DNA from: Candidatus Methanogaster sp.
Lineage (GTDB): Archaea > Halobacteriota > Methanosarcinia > Methanosarcinales > Methanogasteraceae
Assembly (NCBI GenBank): GCA_003194445.1
Contig: PQXF01000002.1
Span: 148,116-212,115, forward strand
DNA: 64,000 nt
Reading direction: 5' to 3'
In this document: in pieces, positions 30,227-41,323 of the stretch
How the letters are laid out: each line of letters starts with the position of its first letter
Position numbering within the stretch: position 1 is the stretch's first letter
The notes under the pieces: generated by a model
Told to the model about the DNA's origin: nothing
Seen by the model: only the letters and a program-made list of their open reading frames with translations
The model's database searches: none
Program-made: the position numbers and the translations under genes

Positions 30227-30639
30227 CGGTGCGATCGCAGATAGCTGAAAGCAGCCATCCCGAGTACCATGCAGACCGCAAGCATGGATATGATTTTGTC
30301 GATACCGGTATTCATTCCGTTAGTTAGCAGGTAGAGCGCGCCGCCGCATACCAGCATCGTGATGAGCGATACTATCGCTGCGACAATACCGCCCCCCACA
30401 AGCGCCCCGACCCTATCCGCACCGCGATCCTCGAAGAATACCGAACCAAGCACAAAGACGATAGCAAACGCCATCAGCAGTGCTGGCAGCGGGACCGGGT
30501 TGCCACCCCCCCTTGATATATGGATCACGCCGAAGACGACCGAGATCATCCCTAATGCGAGAACTATCGAGATTCCAAGCGTTGTTATAAATTTATTGTT
30601 TGTCCATTGCATTTGAACCACCTTTTTATGAGCGGGCAT
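30223..30639 (-). CDS. Membrane protein (4 TM)
   Basis: Hydrophobic ORF coupled to DUF763 by an ATGA overlap. Confidence 0.7.
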   Translation of the reverse strand: MPAHKKVVQMQWTNNKFITTLGISIVLALGMISVVFGVIHISRGGGNPVPLPALLMAFAIVFVLGSVFFEDRGADRVGALVGGGIVAAIVSLITMLVCGGALYLLTNGMNTGIDKIISMLAVCMVLGMAAFSYLRSHR

Positions 30640-30715
30640 TTTCCAATAATCTTTCTATGTCCCTATCCCTGTCACGGATAGTTACCTTTTTTGGTGTGCC
30701 ACCAAATCCAAATCA

Positions 30716-31219
30716 TCACCCCATCACCGCGTTGTGCAGCCGGATCATCCTCTCGATCCCATCGCTGTCAAATCCCCGCTTCCTCATCCTCCGTATCCGC
30801 TCATCTATGCTGATGCGCTCTGTGTCATCCACAAGATTGTCGGCATGAGCAACGATCATCTCTTCAGCAGTATCAGGCAGATAGTCTTCCCGCGGAAGCC
30901 CGAGTCGTACCGCCTCATCTTTCGGGATGCCAGCCCCGATGTGCCGCTTGATGATCTGCACGATCCGCGTGTCCAGACCAAACGCCTGCGCGATCTCTGC
31001 TCCCGCGACTGCGTGATCGATGCCGTTTGAGCGTGCACGCCCGATATCGTGGAGCAGTGCGCCTGCGATCACCAGTTCAATGTCAGCAGGGTTCCGGTGC
31101 CTCTCGTTGTACCGCTCCGCGATCTCCCGGGCGTATTCAGCGACTGCCCGGGCGTGCGCGATAACATCCGGTGGGCAGCCTGCTTTGTGGAGCAGGTGGA
31201 TAGCGTATTCTGGGGTCAT
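30716..31219 (-). CDS. HDIG-domain metal-dependent hydrolase (TIGR00295-like)
   Basis: ALLHDIGR, RHIGAG and VAHADN motifs. Confidence 0.88.
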   Translation of the reverse strand: MTPEYAIHLLHKAGCPPDVIAHARAVAEYAREIAERYNERHRNPADIELVIAGALLHDIGRARSNGIDHAVAGAEIAQAFGLDTRIVQIIKRHIGAGIPKDEAVRLGLPREDYLPDTAEEMIVAHADNLVDDTERISIDERIRRMRKRGFDSDGIERMIRLHNAVMG

Positions 31220-31270
31220 TTAAACCATTTTTCGAAATGTTTTTTTCCTCGATTGCTTTTTGGAATCGAT

Positions 31271-31513
31271 TTAAAAAACTCTATATCTTGTGAAATCTTG
31301 TATCCCGCTATTTGATTCCTTAAAAATTCTATCAAATCTTCTTTTGGATTTTTTTGATGGTGTAAAATTATCCATAAGTACTGCAAGTGCTTTTATTCTC
31401 TGACCGATCATAGAATCGGCGACTCCGATAACCATGACATCCGAAACAGCGGGATGTTCCATAAGGATATTCTCTATCTCGTGTGGGGAAACCAGATATC
31501 CATCAGTCTTCAT
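31271..31513 (-). pseudogene. C-terminal fragment of an AMP-binding enzyme (acyl-CoA synthetase)
   Basis: GYLVSPHEIENILMEHPAVSDVMVIGVAD...GQRIKA; N-terminal domains absent. Confidence 0.75.
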
Positions 31514-31584
31514 CAGATCATCACTCCTCTAAACATATCATATCCCACCTTTCGGTGATGCCCCGACACATCACCAAAAGGTGT

Positions 31585-32248
31585 CACGGTGGCATGACAT
31601 ACTCCATTATCAGTAGTCGTCCGTCATTCAGCTTTATGCAGCTCTTCGATATATCGTTACATGCTCTTTCCATCATAAGATTAAATTTCTGTTCGTGTTT
31701 ATTTCTGTTTTTATTCCGACAGTCGAGGTAGGTAATCCGTTCTGTTTGCGTGTCTACGTATCTGCCCGACAGTCTGAATATCTTTTCGATAAGTGTTTCC
31801 AGCCCGATCTTTTCGTTTGAAACGTCTCGAGCAGGTGCTGGCAGACTGATATATAGATCATTGAGATCGTTGTCATCAGGGCTGATGCTCGTGTTTCGTT
31901 CTCGTATTTCTCATGTTTTGTGCTCAGTTTTCCGATCTCCTTCTCTTTTCTCTCTGCTTTCTTCTCTGCTTTTTTTCTTTTATTCTTTAGATCTGATGCC
32001 TCTTTTCTGAATTCGTTCTTCTCTTTCTCACGTCCAACTCGCAATATGATCTCTTCATTCTTGATTCCTTCCATTTTTTGGTATTGCGTTGTCTGTTCTT
32101 CAAAATCTTCAGCTTCAATCTCCATTGCTTTCTTCATTTTTTTGTTTATATCGGCTTTAGACTTATTGAACACTTTCTGCGTCTCTTGTCGCTTAATTTT
32201 AAGCTCTTCTTCATCTGCACACGTTTTCACTATCTTTAATTTTAACAT
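31585..32248 (-). pseudogene. Frameshifted low-GC Lys/Glu-rich fragment, possibly a transposase remnant
   Basis: Coiled-coil ORF continuing in another frame; sits directly upstream of the truncated synthetase. Confidence 0.35.
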
Positions 32249-32462
32249 CCTTATGTTTACGAATATGACTGCGATACCTACCCACCGAAGGATTTCCGCC
32301 GTCGTGTACTATATTTTTGAACAGTGTCCAAGAGAGACCATTCTGTTGTGATGAATGAATTCTCCCTCTTCGAATTGGGAAAAAGCAGCGCCTTTGGCAA
32401 GGACTGTATGGTACTCTCGAGGATATACCGGATCATTCACGACAAAAAGACCCTGATCCGGA

Positions 32463-33362
32463 TCAATGAGATGTTCCCGCCCGACGATCGGTGGAGTCTG
32501 TGAAACGTGAAATGCACCTCCACGACTCCATGATCATCGCCTCTGGTTGACCTCTGCATGCATAGACCAAATCGCGGGGCAATTCATGCGACATGCCTCC
32601 TGTGATCGCACCTACCATGCTTGCGATGGTGTCGGCATCGCCGCCAAGATTCGCTGCCGCGAGAACGGCACTCCTGAAACCGTGATGCTTCGAGATGATC
32701 GCAAAGACCGCGGGCACTGCTTCCGCTGTCTCAATCCCGCATCCGGTGACGTCGATGGCGTCTTCGAGTGATCCCTCTGATGCAAGCAAGACCGCGCCCC
32801 GGATGCGAGATGCAAGATCTGCTGATACTTCGCGGGCGCCATGCACGCCAGCGCGTATCACCGTCTCGATATCTGCGCCAGCAATTGCTCCGGACACAGC
32901 GCACGCAACCGCGATCGCGCCAGCGATCGCAACCGATGAGCCGTGCGTCGCAACCGAGGATTCGATGGTGTTTGGGACTACCAGATCCGCGGGAAATAGC
33001 CATGCGATCGCAGGAGCGCGCATTGCCGCGCCGTCGGTCGTTCCCGTGGTCGGTGTAAAATCGGGATATTCTGCAAGTCTTGATAACGCTTGAGCCGTGG
33101 TCGGCCCCATTCGCGGTATGCGCGCACGGTTTTCGAGGAATGTCTGCGCGATATGCCGGCGATCCGCCCGCCCGATCTCGCAGATCGACCGCACAACGAG
33201 ATGCGTCATGATCGTATCGTCGGTGATCGATGGCTGGCCCATGAAACCAGTGATGGTGTGGTGCCGCATTGCGATCTCTTCGCGGGTGAGCCCCTCAACG
33301 GGCTCGCCGAGCATGTCGCCGATTGCCTGCCCGTACATCGAGTTTAATGTTTTCATAAACAA
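32463..33362 (-). CDS. ADP-ribosylglycohydrolase family protein
   Basis: AIGDMLG, TDDT, GAAMR and GGDADTIASM motifs. Confidence 0.88.
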   Translation of the reverse strand: MFMKTLNSMYGQAIGDMLGEPVEGLTREEIAMRHHTITGFMGQPSITDDTIMTHLVVRSICEIGRADRRHIAQTFLENRARIPRMGPTTAQALSRLAEYPDFTPTTGTTDGAAMRAPAIAWLFPADLVVPNTIESSVATHGSSVAIAGAIAVACAVSGAIAGADIETVIRAGVHGAREVSADLASRIRGAVLLASEGSLEDAIDVTGCGIETAEAVPAVFAIISKHHGFRSAVLAAANLGGDADTIASMVGAITGGMSHELPRDLVYACRGQPEAMIMESWRCISRFTDSTDRRAGTSH

Positions 33363-33712
33363 AATGGTGACGTTGGTTTGTAATCCACATCTTATGACGG
33401 GATGCTTGTGTGTTGGTTCTCAACACATCGGTGGAAAACCAACGTCATCAGATTTGGCGCATAGCTCCAATATAACCTTTGTGGCTGAATCAGTGCCCCC
33501 TACCTGCGCACATAGCAAACACACAGAAAGAACATCTATGCTGAATCATTCGCGTTTCGAGAAGAAAACCAGTTCCGGTGGATGCATTTCCACCGAGCCA
33601 TACAGTATGCTCCAATGGGCTGGCAACGCGATTAACCCCTCACCAAGTCTATGCGCCCCGCCCGAGTGCGAGCGAAGACCGTTAATATCGATGCCTGCAA
33701 GAACTGGTACGC

Positions 33713-34315
33713 ATGAACCAGCAGATAGCAGCCGGCGCAGAAGCCGTAATCGAGCGCTCCGGTGGCAGGATCATCAAGCGGAGAGTCTCGAAGAACTACC
33801 GCACCCCGGAGCTTGATACGCGAATCAGGGTATCAAGAACCAGAAGCGAGGCGAAACTCATATCAGAGGCGCGCAGGTGCGGGGTTCCGACACCAATCAT
33901 CTACGATGTCGATACAGCCGAGCATACGATCACGATGGAGTTTATCGAGGGTCCGCGGATGAAGGATGTACTCGATCCGAACATGAGCGAGCGTATCGGC
34001 GAACTCGTCGGCAGGTTGCACGGTTGCGGGATCATTCACGGCGATCTCACGACCTCGAATCTCATCCTGCACAGCGACGATGGTGGCGATAGCGGTGGCC
34101 GGATATATTTCATCGACTTCGGACTCGGGTATTTCGAGAAGAATGTGGAGGCGCAGGGCGTCGATGTGCATGTGCTCTTCCAGACGTTTGTGAGCACGCA
34201 CGGTGATCCGGGGCTTGAAGAGGCGTTCTCTCGTGGGTACAGGCGGACGTTTGCAGATGCCGATCAGGTGCTTACTCGTGTACGCGAGATCGAGGCGCGG
34301 GGAAGATACCTATGA
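33713..34315 (+). CDS. bud32: KEOPS complex kinase Bud32
   Basis: GAEA, KNYR, HGDLTTSN, IDFGL and C-terminal RGRY. Confidence 0.92.
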   Translation: MNQQIAAGAEAVIERSGGRIIKRRVSKNYRTPELDTRIRVSRTRSEAKLISEARRCGVPTPIIYDVDTAEHTITMEFIEGPRMKDVLDPNMSERIGELVGRLHGCGIIHGDLTTSNLILHSDDGGDSGGRIYFIDFGLGYFEKNVEAQGVDVHVLFQTFVSTHGDPGLEEAFSRGYRRTFADADQVLTRVREIEARGRYL

Positions 34316-34323
34316 TTATGCGA

Positions 34324-34791
34324 TCATATCCTAACACCAGTCTTCTTAAACTCCTTCTCGCTGAAAAGAATAATATAATCAGAGATGCCGGTAGCCCGTG
34401 AGATGTCGTGGGCGGTACGCTCGCATTCTTCCCTTGTGTGGGCATGGATCATCGCGTACAGGTTGTAGTCCCATTCCGGGCATCTCATGCGCTCGTAGCA
34501 GTGCGAGACCTCGCCAAACCCAGCCATCACGGCTCCAACCTCCTCGACACGGTCGTCATGGACATTCCAGACGCACATCGCATTCGCAACAATCCCGAGC
34601 ACGCGATGCCCGATCGATGCCCCAAACCTGCGAATGGCACCGCGCTCCACGAGTGCCTCGATTCTGTCGATCACCTCGGTCTCAGGAATCGCAAGTTCGA
34701 GCGCAATCTCTTTGAAGGGATCCGGTACGAGATCGATCCCGTCCTGTGTCAGCTTTATCAGTTTCAGATCAAGATCGTCCATCTTTCTCAC
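34324..34791 (-). CDS. ahbB: Siroheme decarboxylase beta subunit
   Basis: Lrp-like fold; VSHCYER...YNLYAMIH...EFKKTG. Confidence 0.88.
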   Translation of the reverse strand: MRKMDDLDLKLIKLTQDGIDLVPDPFKEIALELAIPETEVIDRIEALVERGAIRRFGASIGHRVLGIVANAMCVWNVHDDRVEEVGAVMAGFGEVSHCYERMRCPEWDYNLYAMIHAHTREECERTAHDISRATGISDYIILFSEKEFKKTGVRI

Positions 34792-34813
34792 CTCGCTCTC
34801 CTTGCATCACACC

Positions 34814-35278
34814 TCAAACCTCAAACTTCACCCCGATCTTGAAGAGCCGTGTGACAGGAAGCTCGAGAAACGGGTATCCAAATGCTTTAATTTCGCTGAT
34901 CATTTTGTGTAATCGCTCCTTGCTGCTTGCTGAAACCGTAAACCAGATATTGTACGCACCAGGGCGCAGGTAATTGTGCGACACCTCATCAAAATCGTTG
35001 ATCCGCGAGACAACACGGTCGATCGCATCTTCTGGCACCCGCATCGCGACAAGCGTGCTGGCGCCCCCGAGTCCTTTCGTATTTAGAATGGGGCCGATTC
35101 TCCGAATTACGCCGATATCTGTGAGTCTCTTGAGGTGATCGATTACCTCCGCCTCAGATATTCCGATCTGGTCTCCGAGCGTGCGGAAAGGGCGCAAGTC
35201 CAGTGGAAAATCCAGCTGGATCAGGTTTATCAGCTGCCGATCGGTATCGTCAAGTTCAAGTTCTTGCGTCATCGTCAT
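34814..35278 (-). CDS. ahbA: Siroheme decarboxylase alpha subunit
   Basis: IQLDFPL, VSHNYLR...YNIWFT and FKIGVKF motifs. Confidence 0.88.
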   Translation of the reverse strand: MTMTQELELDDTDRQLINLIQLDFPLDLRPFRTLGDQIGISEAEVIDHLKRLTDIGVIRRIGPILNTKGLGGASTLVAMRVPEDAIDRVVSRINDFDEVSHNYLRPGAYNIWFTVSASSKERLHKMISEIKAFGYPFLELPVTRLFKIGVKFEV

Positions 35279-35432
35279 GGAATCTCTTCATCCTGCGCCG
35301 GTAGACGCCGTACCGGTCTTCCGGCGAATATCTGGCCGGACGCGGGTTTATTGCGGCAGCACCGCATGCGGGACAGACCGCTTTTAACGTGTATCTGCCG
35401 CACTCGCTGCATTTGAGAATCTTTGACTTCAC
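35256..35432 (-). CDS. nop10: H/ACA RNP protein Nop10 (not in the ORF track)
   Basis: GTG start; MKSKILKCSECGRYTLKAVCPACG...PARYSPEDRYGVYRR; conserved position after aIF2a. Confidence 0.9.
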   Translation of the reverse strand: MKSKILKCSECGRYTLKAVCPACGAAAINPRPARYSPEDRYGVYRRRMKRFHDDDART

Positions 35433-35453
35433 GCGAACGCCCTCACTTGCTCT

Positions 35454-36221
35454 TCACTCCTCGTGTCTGTGGAATGTACCTTCCCCATCCAGATGCTCTA
35501 TCTCATCGATTGCACGTTTTGCAGATTCCTTGAGGATTCGTTCTGCCAGTTTGTAGTCGGGCGCGGTGACGTGGATGCGGTATCTTGGCGCGCCGACATA
35601 GCTGATCTCGAGTACAACATGATCATCATTGACAATTGCAGCCGTAGCAAGCGATCTCTTGATCGCATCCACCCCGTCAGGGGCAGGGCAGGTCAGGTCA
35701 ACGAACCCAGTGATATCGACAGAAGGGATCTTCACGTTCTCGATTGCGACCTCCTCGATCTTGATGGCATATTCCTCATCGATTCCGGCATCGATCAGTA
35801 CAGGCCTACCTGACATCACAGTCTCTTCGAAGGCGTTATACAGGCTGCCAAACGAATCGATAATCGTATCTGCAAGCTTTCGCTCTACGGCCTCATCACC
35901 TATTGCAAAGTTAAGCCACTTCTCAGCGCGAAGTTCGCTCTTCCATTCCTGGATCTTGTCCCTGCGCTGATGCTCGTTCACATCCTTGTACGAGAGATCG
36001 ATATGACCGCGCTTTGGGTTCACTGAGAGTACTTTGCAGACGATCTTCTGCCCCTCGCGCAGGTAATCCCGGATATACTTCACCCAACCGGCAGCGACCT
36101 CCGAGATATGGATCAGACCCTCTTTCCTGCCGTATTCGTCCAGTTCTGCGAATACGCCAAAGTCCATCACCTTCGCAACAGTGCAGACGACCAGATCACC
36201 CTGGCTGGGCCACTCTCGCAT
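35454..36221 (-). CDS. eif2a: Translation initiation factor 2 alpha subunit
   Basis: S1 domain EGLIHISEVAAGWVKYI; YVGAPRY. Confidence 0.95.
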   Translation of the reverse strand: MREWPSQGDLVVCTVAKVMDFGVFAELDEYGRKEGLIHISEVAAGWVKYIRDYLREGQKIVCKVLSVNPKRGHIDLSYKDVNEHQRRDKIQEWKSELRAEKWLNFAIGDEAVERKLADTIIDSFGSLYNAFEETVMSGRPVLIDAGIDEEYAIKIEEVAIENVKIPSVDITGFVDLTCPAPDGVDAIKRSLATAAIVNDDHVVLEISYVGAPRYRIHVTAPDYKLAERILKESAKRAIDEIEHLDGEGTFHRHEE

Positions 36222-36225
36222 AGTC

Positions 36226-36414
36226 TCACTCCAGAACCTCGAGGATCTGGGTCAGTATCTTTGTTCTGCCACCTGTCGGCTCTGCAAGCACCTTATCGCA
36301 GACTACGCACTTAATCTCGGTGCTTGCGTTTCCGAAGATGACCTGTTCGTTATTACAGTCACATTTGACCCGCAGAAACCTGCTCTTCGGGGTTGGAATT
36401 ATACTCTTCTTCAT
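36226..36414 (-). CDS. rps27e: 30S ribosomal protein S27e
   Basis: SRFLRVKC...LAEPTGG. Confidence 0.95.
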   Translation of the reverse strand: MKKSIIPTPKSRFLRVKCDCNNEQVIFGNASTEIKCVVCDKVLAEPTGGRTKILTQILEVLE

Positions 36415-36695
36415 TGTGATTCCACCAATTCAAATTTGGATGTTCTGAAGCACTTTCTCACATGTGCCTTTCCGCACTCACTGCACCGATATCTAAGATG
36501 GATTCGTTTGGTGGGCTTGTCGCCACCAGGGACCTTTGAAAACTTTCCATTGTTCCCGATGCCGCTCTGCCGCTTCTTCTGCCGCGCGATTCTGGTCATG
36601 GATGACGCTTTTGCGGGCTTCACTCGTTCGACTTTGTGTTCGGTATGCTTCTTGCAGTAGGGGCAGTGGGTTCGAAATCTTGCTGGCATTTTCAT
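36411..36695 (-). CDS. rpl44e: 50S ribosomal protein L44e
   Basis: [10 protein letters not shown]...KPTKR...CSECGKAH. Confidence 0.95.
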   Translation of the reverse strand: MKMPARFRTHCPYCKKHTEHKVERVKPAKASSMTRIARQKKRQSGIGNNGKFSKVPGGDKPTKRIHLRYRCSECGKAHVRKCFRTSKFELVESQ

Positions 36696-37420
36696 CTGAT
36701 AACTTCACCTTTTGTCTGTTTTATCGTAACTGGTGATACAACCCTACGCTTGCAGAGTACATTTGCATTGAGGTTTGGCAGTATCACCACATCATTCTTT
36801 GCAAGGGTATAATGATGACTGTCAGCACCCATAAAGGTTGGTACATCCCTAAGCACGCGGACGATTGTGTAATCACTCAGGTTGCCGTTGCCGGGGTCTT
36901 CGTGATTTGCAGGTGCGATAGCGATATCTTCACGTGCCTCTGAAGCATCTTTGGCGTATTCATCTGCAGGTTCCACATATTCCTTTGACTCTTCTATGAC
37001 CTCTATAGCCTCTGTAACCCCCGTAGCCTCTGTGGTCTGCAAGGTTGATCTGCATGTAACCGTCTTCTCGATATCGGACCAGCCCTTCCGCAAAGAAGCA
37101 AGCACCGAATCGTACATGTCACGCTCGACTGGTGCCATCGCACCCACATCCTGCTTGATACCTTTGATCTCTGCCAGTATATTGGATGATGCGAGATTGA
37201 CGATCTTTCCAACCCGAAGTTCGAAGATGCGCTGCAAACGATTCTCTACAGTCTCGAGTTCGTCGGCAAGGAGTTGTGCTTCCATCTTGGACGCGGTCTT
37301 TTGCTCATCTCGCAGTCCATCGAGATATGCGCGCACATTCTCATAGAAGTCTGGCTCGAGCTTTGCAAGTTTCGATTTTTGTTCTCTTGCGAGGATGTTG
37401 CGTAGATCTTCGAAGTCCAT
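36692..37420 (-). CDS. GINS complex subunit (Gins51-like)
   Basis: LEPDFY...RVGKIVNLA...VPTFMGAD...NANVL; context upstream of rpl44e. Confidence 0.78.
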   Translation of the reverse strand: MDFEDLRNILAREQKSKLAKLEPDFYENVRAYLDGLRDEQKTASKMEAQLLADELETVENRLQRIFELRVGKIVNLASSNILAEIKGIKQDVGAMAPVERDMYDSVLASLRKGWSDIEKTVTCRSTLQTTEATGVTEAIEVIEESKEYVEPADEYAKDASEAREDIAIAPANHEDPGNGNLSDYTIVRVLRDVPTFMGADSHHYTLAKNDVVILPNLNANVLCKRRVVSPVTIKQTKGEVIR

Positions 37421-37534
37421 GATGCATATTCTATGCCAGTGTTACTTCAATCTGGCGACAGATTCCGAAACATATTTATAGGAATCGGTAAGGGTTATTC
37501 AACATCTTATGATAATATTGACGAGGAGTCTACC

Positions 37535-38479
37535 ATGAATAAGAGTCAATTATTTGCATTGTTGATAGTGATCGCCCTTGGACTGATCATAGCTTCGATC
37601 ATATACTATGATTCAGACGCATCGATCGAGATGGAGCAGTGTGGCGGCTGTCACAATTCTGATTACACTCAAAAGATGGCAGGTGCAAGTACATGGCCTG
37701 CTGTCTTTAATACAATCGTCCCTGCTCATAGGGGCGAGCGTGCAAAGCCATGTGCGGAGGGGTATATACGCGGATGTATGGAGTGTCACACCCCCACGCA
37801 TGGAAGCAGGCAACTGCACGTGGGCATGACCTCTTCCGAGTGTTCGCGCTGCCATGCCATGCCGATCGCGCCGATGTATACGGAATGCACGATGTGCCAC
37901 GGGGACTACCAACACGCGGATTCCGGGATAACCGGTGATTGTATGTCATGTCACCCAGCGCATACGGCAGATACCAGTGCCGGATGTGGCGACTGTCATG
38001 TAACGGAGTATACCGAGCTCATGACACTTGGTGGCGGACACGCGACAAAGGACACCAGTTATGAAGCCCTCCGCCACAAGCTGAGCCCGACTACGTACAG
38101 TTACGAACAGCCGTTGATCGGAGAGGGGTGCTATTCCTGTCACGAGGACCACGCCGAATCCAAGAGCTGTCTGGACTGTCACACACTGGAACATGGTTAC
38201 GGGCTGGCTGATTGTCAGACCTGTCACAATCCACATGCGCCGACAGTGATCAAGTTCGGTGCGATCGTGACCAGTGACCAGTGCATGCTCTGCCACGAGA
38301 GTACCGCGCAGGAGTTTACAGATCATCCGACACTACATGCGGCCATGAACTGCACGGACTGTCACATCGAGCACACCGGATCCAGAGCATGCGTCGATTG
38401 TCATGCCGACGCACACAGCGACATCGTCGTGGACGTTGACTGCAAGACCTGTCATGAGAACGGACATGCGCCGATCTGA
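37535..38479 (+). CDS. Membrane-anchored multiheme c-type cytochrome (13 CxxCH)
   Basis: N-terminal hydrophobic segment and 13 counted CxxCH motifs in 314 aa; GAGGAG RBS before ATG 37535. Confidence 0.92.
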   Translation: MNKSQLFALLIVIALGLIIASIIYYDSDASIEMEQCGGCHNSDYTQKMAGASTWPAVFNTIVPAHRGERAKPCAEGYIRGCMECHTPTHGSRQLHVGMTSSECSRCHAMPIAPMYTECTMCHGDYQHADSGITGDCMSCHPAHTADTSAGCGDCHVTEYTELMTLGGGHATKDTSYEALRHKLSPTTYSYEQPLIGEGCYSCHEDHAESKSCLDCHTLEHGYGLADCQTCHNPHAPTVIKFGAIVTSDQCMLCHESTAQEFTDHPTLHAAMNCTDCHIEHTGSRACVDCHADAHSDIVVDVDCKTCHENGHAPI

Positions 38480-38795
38480 GTGAGATTTGATTCCGCCGGA
38501 TTCCGGCGGGATTTATTTATTTTTCATGAGCAGGATCAAGGTCACTGATTGCAGATACTCGGGTTCGCAATCCCCTGCACACCAATCGTCAACAAGACGC
38601 TTAACTTTGTGTTCACCGAAAAATAAAGCTGAGATTCGTGCAATTCGTTTATTCGTGGCATTCATGAATAGCAACGAATGACGCGAATTGCATGAATTTG
38701 GTTGCCACAAAATCAGAGTGATTTCACTGGAGTTTTCGATTGTGCCCGGAACTATCTAAAAGCCAGTGTACATAAAAAATAAAAAAAGAGGGCGA

Positions 38796-40025
38796 TTACT
38801 CGATTGCTATCGATTCGCCCAGCGTCACGTTACCATCCTCTGTTACCTGCCACGTGCAGTATTCTCCAAAGACATCGCCAACGCTATCGAAGGTAATCTC
38901 CCCGGATGCGCCCTGATAGTTGATCTCTGTTCCGTTCCGGATCAGCGATAGTGCCGTTTTGATATCAGAGACTTCAGCACCTGGTGCGTTTGCCACATCA
39001 GGTATTGTGTCCCGTATCGCGGTCCCGTCTGCACTCCCGGCTTTCTCGATTGCGAGCGCGATGATCGCAGCAGCATCATAAGTGTTCGAACTGAATGTGG
39101 CCGGTTCTCTACCATATTCGGACTCGTAAGCCGCTGCAAACATGTCATAAGCAGGACCAGTGGCTCGCGGGTCTGGTGTTGTGCCGGTAAAGTTAGCCAC
39201 GATGTAGTTGCCTTCGACATCCTTCCCGACCTTTAGAGCCAGTTCATCGGTACGCATGCCCTCCGAAAGCAGCCAGTCGCTCTCGTCGATGACACTTTTC
39301 TCGTAAGCGGCTTGGAGGATTATACTTCCCGTATCAGGATAGCCGACGAGGATGATAACCTCCGGATTACCCGCAGACACCTTATCGACCTCGGAATCGA
39401 ACGTTACTCCGTTTGGATCGTATTTGACACGATCGATAACAGTTCCACCGAGTTTTTCGAACTCCCCCTTGAAGACCTCCTCAAACCCTACCCCATAAGG
39501 ATTGTTGAGGACAAGCGTGCTCGCATTGACGTATCCGCGCTCACTTACAAGTTTTGCCATCGCTTTTCCCTGCAGGGCATCCGACGGAACAGTTCTGTAG
39601 TAGAACCCATCATCAGGATATGTCGTAAAGTCCGGAGCGGTGTTCGAGGGGGATATCTGGACGACATGGTTACTCACTGCGATATCGATAATAGCCAGAC
39701 TCACACCACTTCCTGCAGCACCGATCACGGCAGGAACCTTGTCGATGGTTACCAGTTGGTTCATCGCACCGACTGCAGCGACCCCATTGGTCTGGGAGTC
39801 TGTGGTGACAAGCTTGATATCACCACCGAGAACGCCCCCGTTCTCGTTAACCTCCTTTATCGCAAGCCGCGCCCCGTCCTCCATCGGTCCGCCATACGCA
39901 GCAAGGTCGCCTGTTAGTGGTAGCAATGTACCGATCTTGACTTCTTCATCTGAGGACGTTACGCAGCCAGATGCCAGAACAATAGCAAGAGCCGCAAAAA
40001 CGGTCAGATATCTCATTATTCCCAA
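38796..40025 (-). CDS. livK: Branched-chain amino acid-type ABC substrate-binding lipoprotein
   Basis: LASGC lipobox, IGTLLPLTG, RTVPSD. Confidence 0.85.
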   Translation of the reverse strand: MGIMRYLTVFAALAIVLASGCVTSSDEEVKIGTLLPLTGDLAAYGGPMEDGARLAIKEVNENGGVLGGDIKLVTTDSQTNGVAAVGAMNQLVTIDKVPAVIGAAGSGVSLAIIDIAVSNHVVQISPSNTAPDFTTYPDDGFYYRTVPSDALQGKAMAKLVSERGYVNASTLVLNNPYGVGFEEVFKGEFEKLGGTVIDRVKYDPNGVTFDSEVDKVSAGNPEVIILVGYPDTGSIILQAAYEKSVIDESDWLLSEGMRTDELALKVGKDVEGNYIVANFTGTTPDPRATGPAYDMFAAAYESEYGREPATFSSNTYDAAAIIALAIEKAGSADGTAIRDTIPDVANAPGAEVSDIKTALSLIRNGTEINYQGASGEITFDSVGDVFGEYCTWQVTEDGNVTLGESIAIE

Positions 40026-40471
40026 AATTATGCCTCCTTTTTATTTATTATTATAACGCCTTCTATTGTCTGTAATGTTGTATGTGACCCAGGTATGGTG
40101 TCGTTCACCTCCTGCACGTTTTGGTAGAATCATTCACTTAGTGATATATAAACATTCTGTGTGCAGAGCTGTGAAGTTACTCGGATGTTTCGGATTTCGG
40201 ATGTCTGGAAAACATCTAAGGGGTTGCCAGAAAATAACCTATCAAAATACGTGGCATTCACACATTCACACATTCGTGATAAAACCGGGACAAAAACAGC
40301 ATCAGTAGATCACGAATAAACGAATCACATGAATGCCAGAGATGTGGATGGTCACCGAATAACTTTGTTACTTTATTTTTCGTCAAGCACTAAGTTCTGG
40401 CGTAACACCGCGTGACCAGACAGGCCCCCACGCCAACCATTATATACATCCAGCCCCATCATTACCACCTG

Positions 40472-41323
40472 ATGCAACTGGTTATCAACGGTCTGGTCAT
40501 CGGCAGCATAATCGCTATCACCGCCATCGGTTTATCGATGATCTACAAGACGCTTAACTTTGTGAACTTTGCGCATGGCGATTTTGTGGCGTTTGCGGCG
40601 TACATCGCGCTATTTGCAAACACTTCCGGGATGCATCTCGCATCCGCTTTTCTGGTTGCTATACTTGCAACCATCGTGCTTGGGGTTTTCATGGAGAAGG
40701 TGGTATGGCACCCAATGAGGCGGAAAAACGCCTCCCGGACGACGCTTATCATCATCTCGATCGGACTTGCGCTGGTGCTGCGAAACATCCTCATATTCAT
40801 CTGGGGTGGCAGCACAAGAAATTATAATATCCCTGTGCGGCGTGGATTTGAGTTTTTTGGAGCTACCATCACTCCAAATCAGGTTCTTGTTATAATTGCG
40901 GCTTTTATACTGGTCTTTGCCCTACACTGTCTCTTATCAAGGACGAAGATCGGGAAATCGATACGTGCACTCTCTGACAACATCGATCTCGCCCGCATAT
41001 CAGGCATCGATGTGGATCGGGTGATCCTCTGGACATGGGTGATCGGACTCGGGCTTGCTGCCGCTGGCGGTGTGCTCTACGGGCTCGTCACAGCGATCAG
41101 ACCGGATATGGGCTGGTATCTCTTGCTCCCGATGTTTGCAGCAGTCATCCTCGGCGGAATTGGAAATCCGTATGGCACGATAGCAGGCGGGATCATCATC
41201 GGGCTGTCTCAGGAACTGAGTACCGCAGTCCTCCCGACAGAGTATAAGTTTGCTGTCAGTTTCGTTGTGATGACGCTGGTGCTGCTTCTAAAGCCAGAAG
41301 GGATCTTCGGGGGTGCGAAATGA
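40472..41323 (+). CDS. livH: Branched-chain amino acid ABC permease
   Basis: NFAHGD and AVILGGIG motifs. Confidence 0.9.
   Translation: MQLVINGLVIGSIIAITAIGLSMIYKTLNFVNFAHGDFVAFAAYIALFANTSGMHLASAFLVAILATIVLGVFMEKVVWHPMRRKNASRTTLIIISIGLALVLRNILIFIWGGSTRNYNIPVRRGFEFFGATITPNQVLVIIAAFILVFALHCLLSRTKIGKSIRALSDNIDLARISGIDVDRVILWTWVIGLGLAAAGGVLYGLVTAIRPDMGWYLLLPMFAAVILGGIGNPYGTIAGGIIIGLSQELSTAVLPTEYKFAVSFVVMTLVLLLKPEGIFGGAK

Noticed and set aside
33097-33816. 239-aa plus-strand ORF and similar antisense ORFs (29210-29884, 39312-39917, 10877-11533)
   Set aside because: They overlap well-supported genes and have no recognisable motifs
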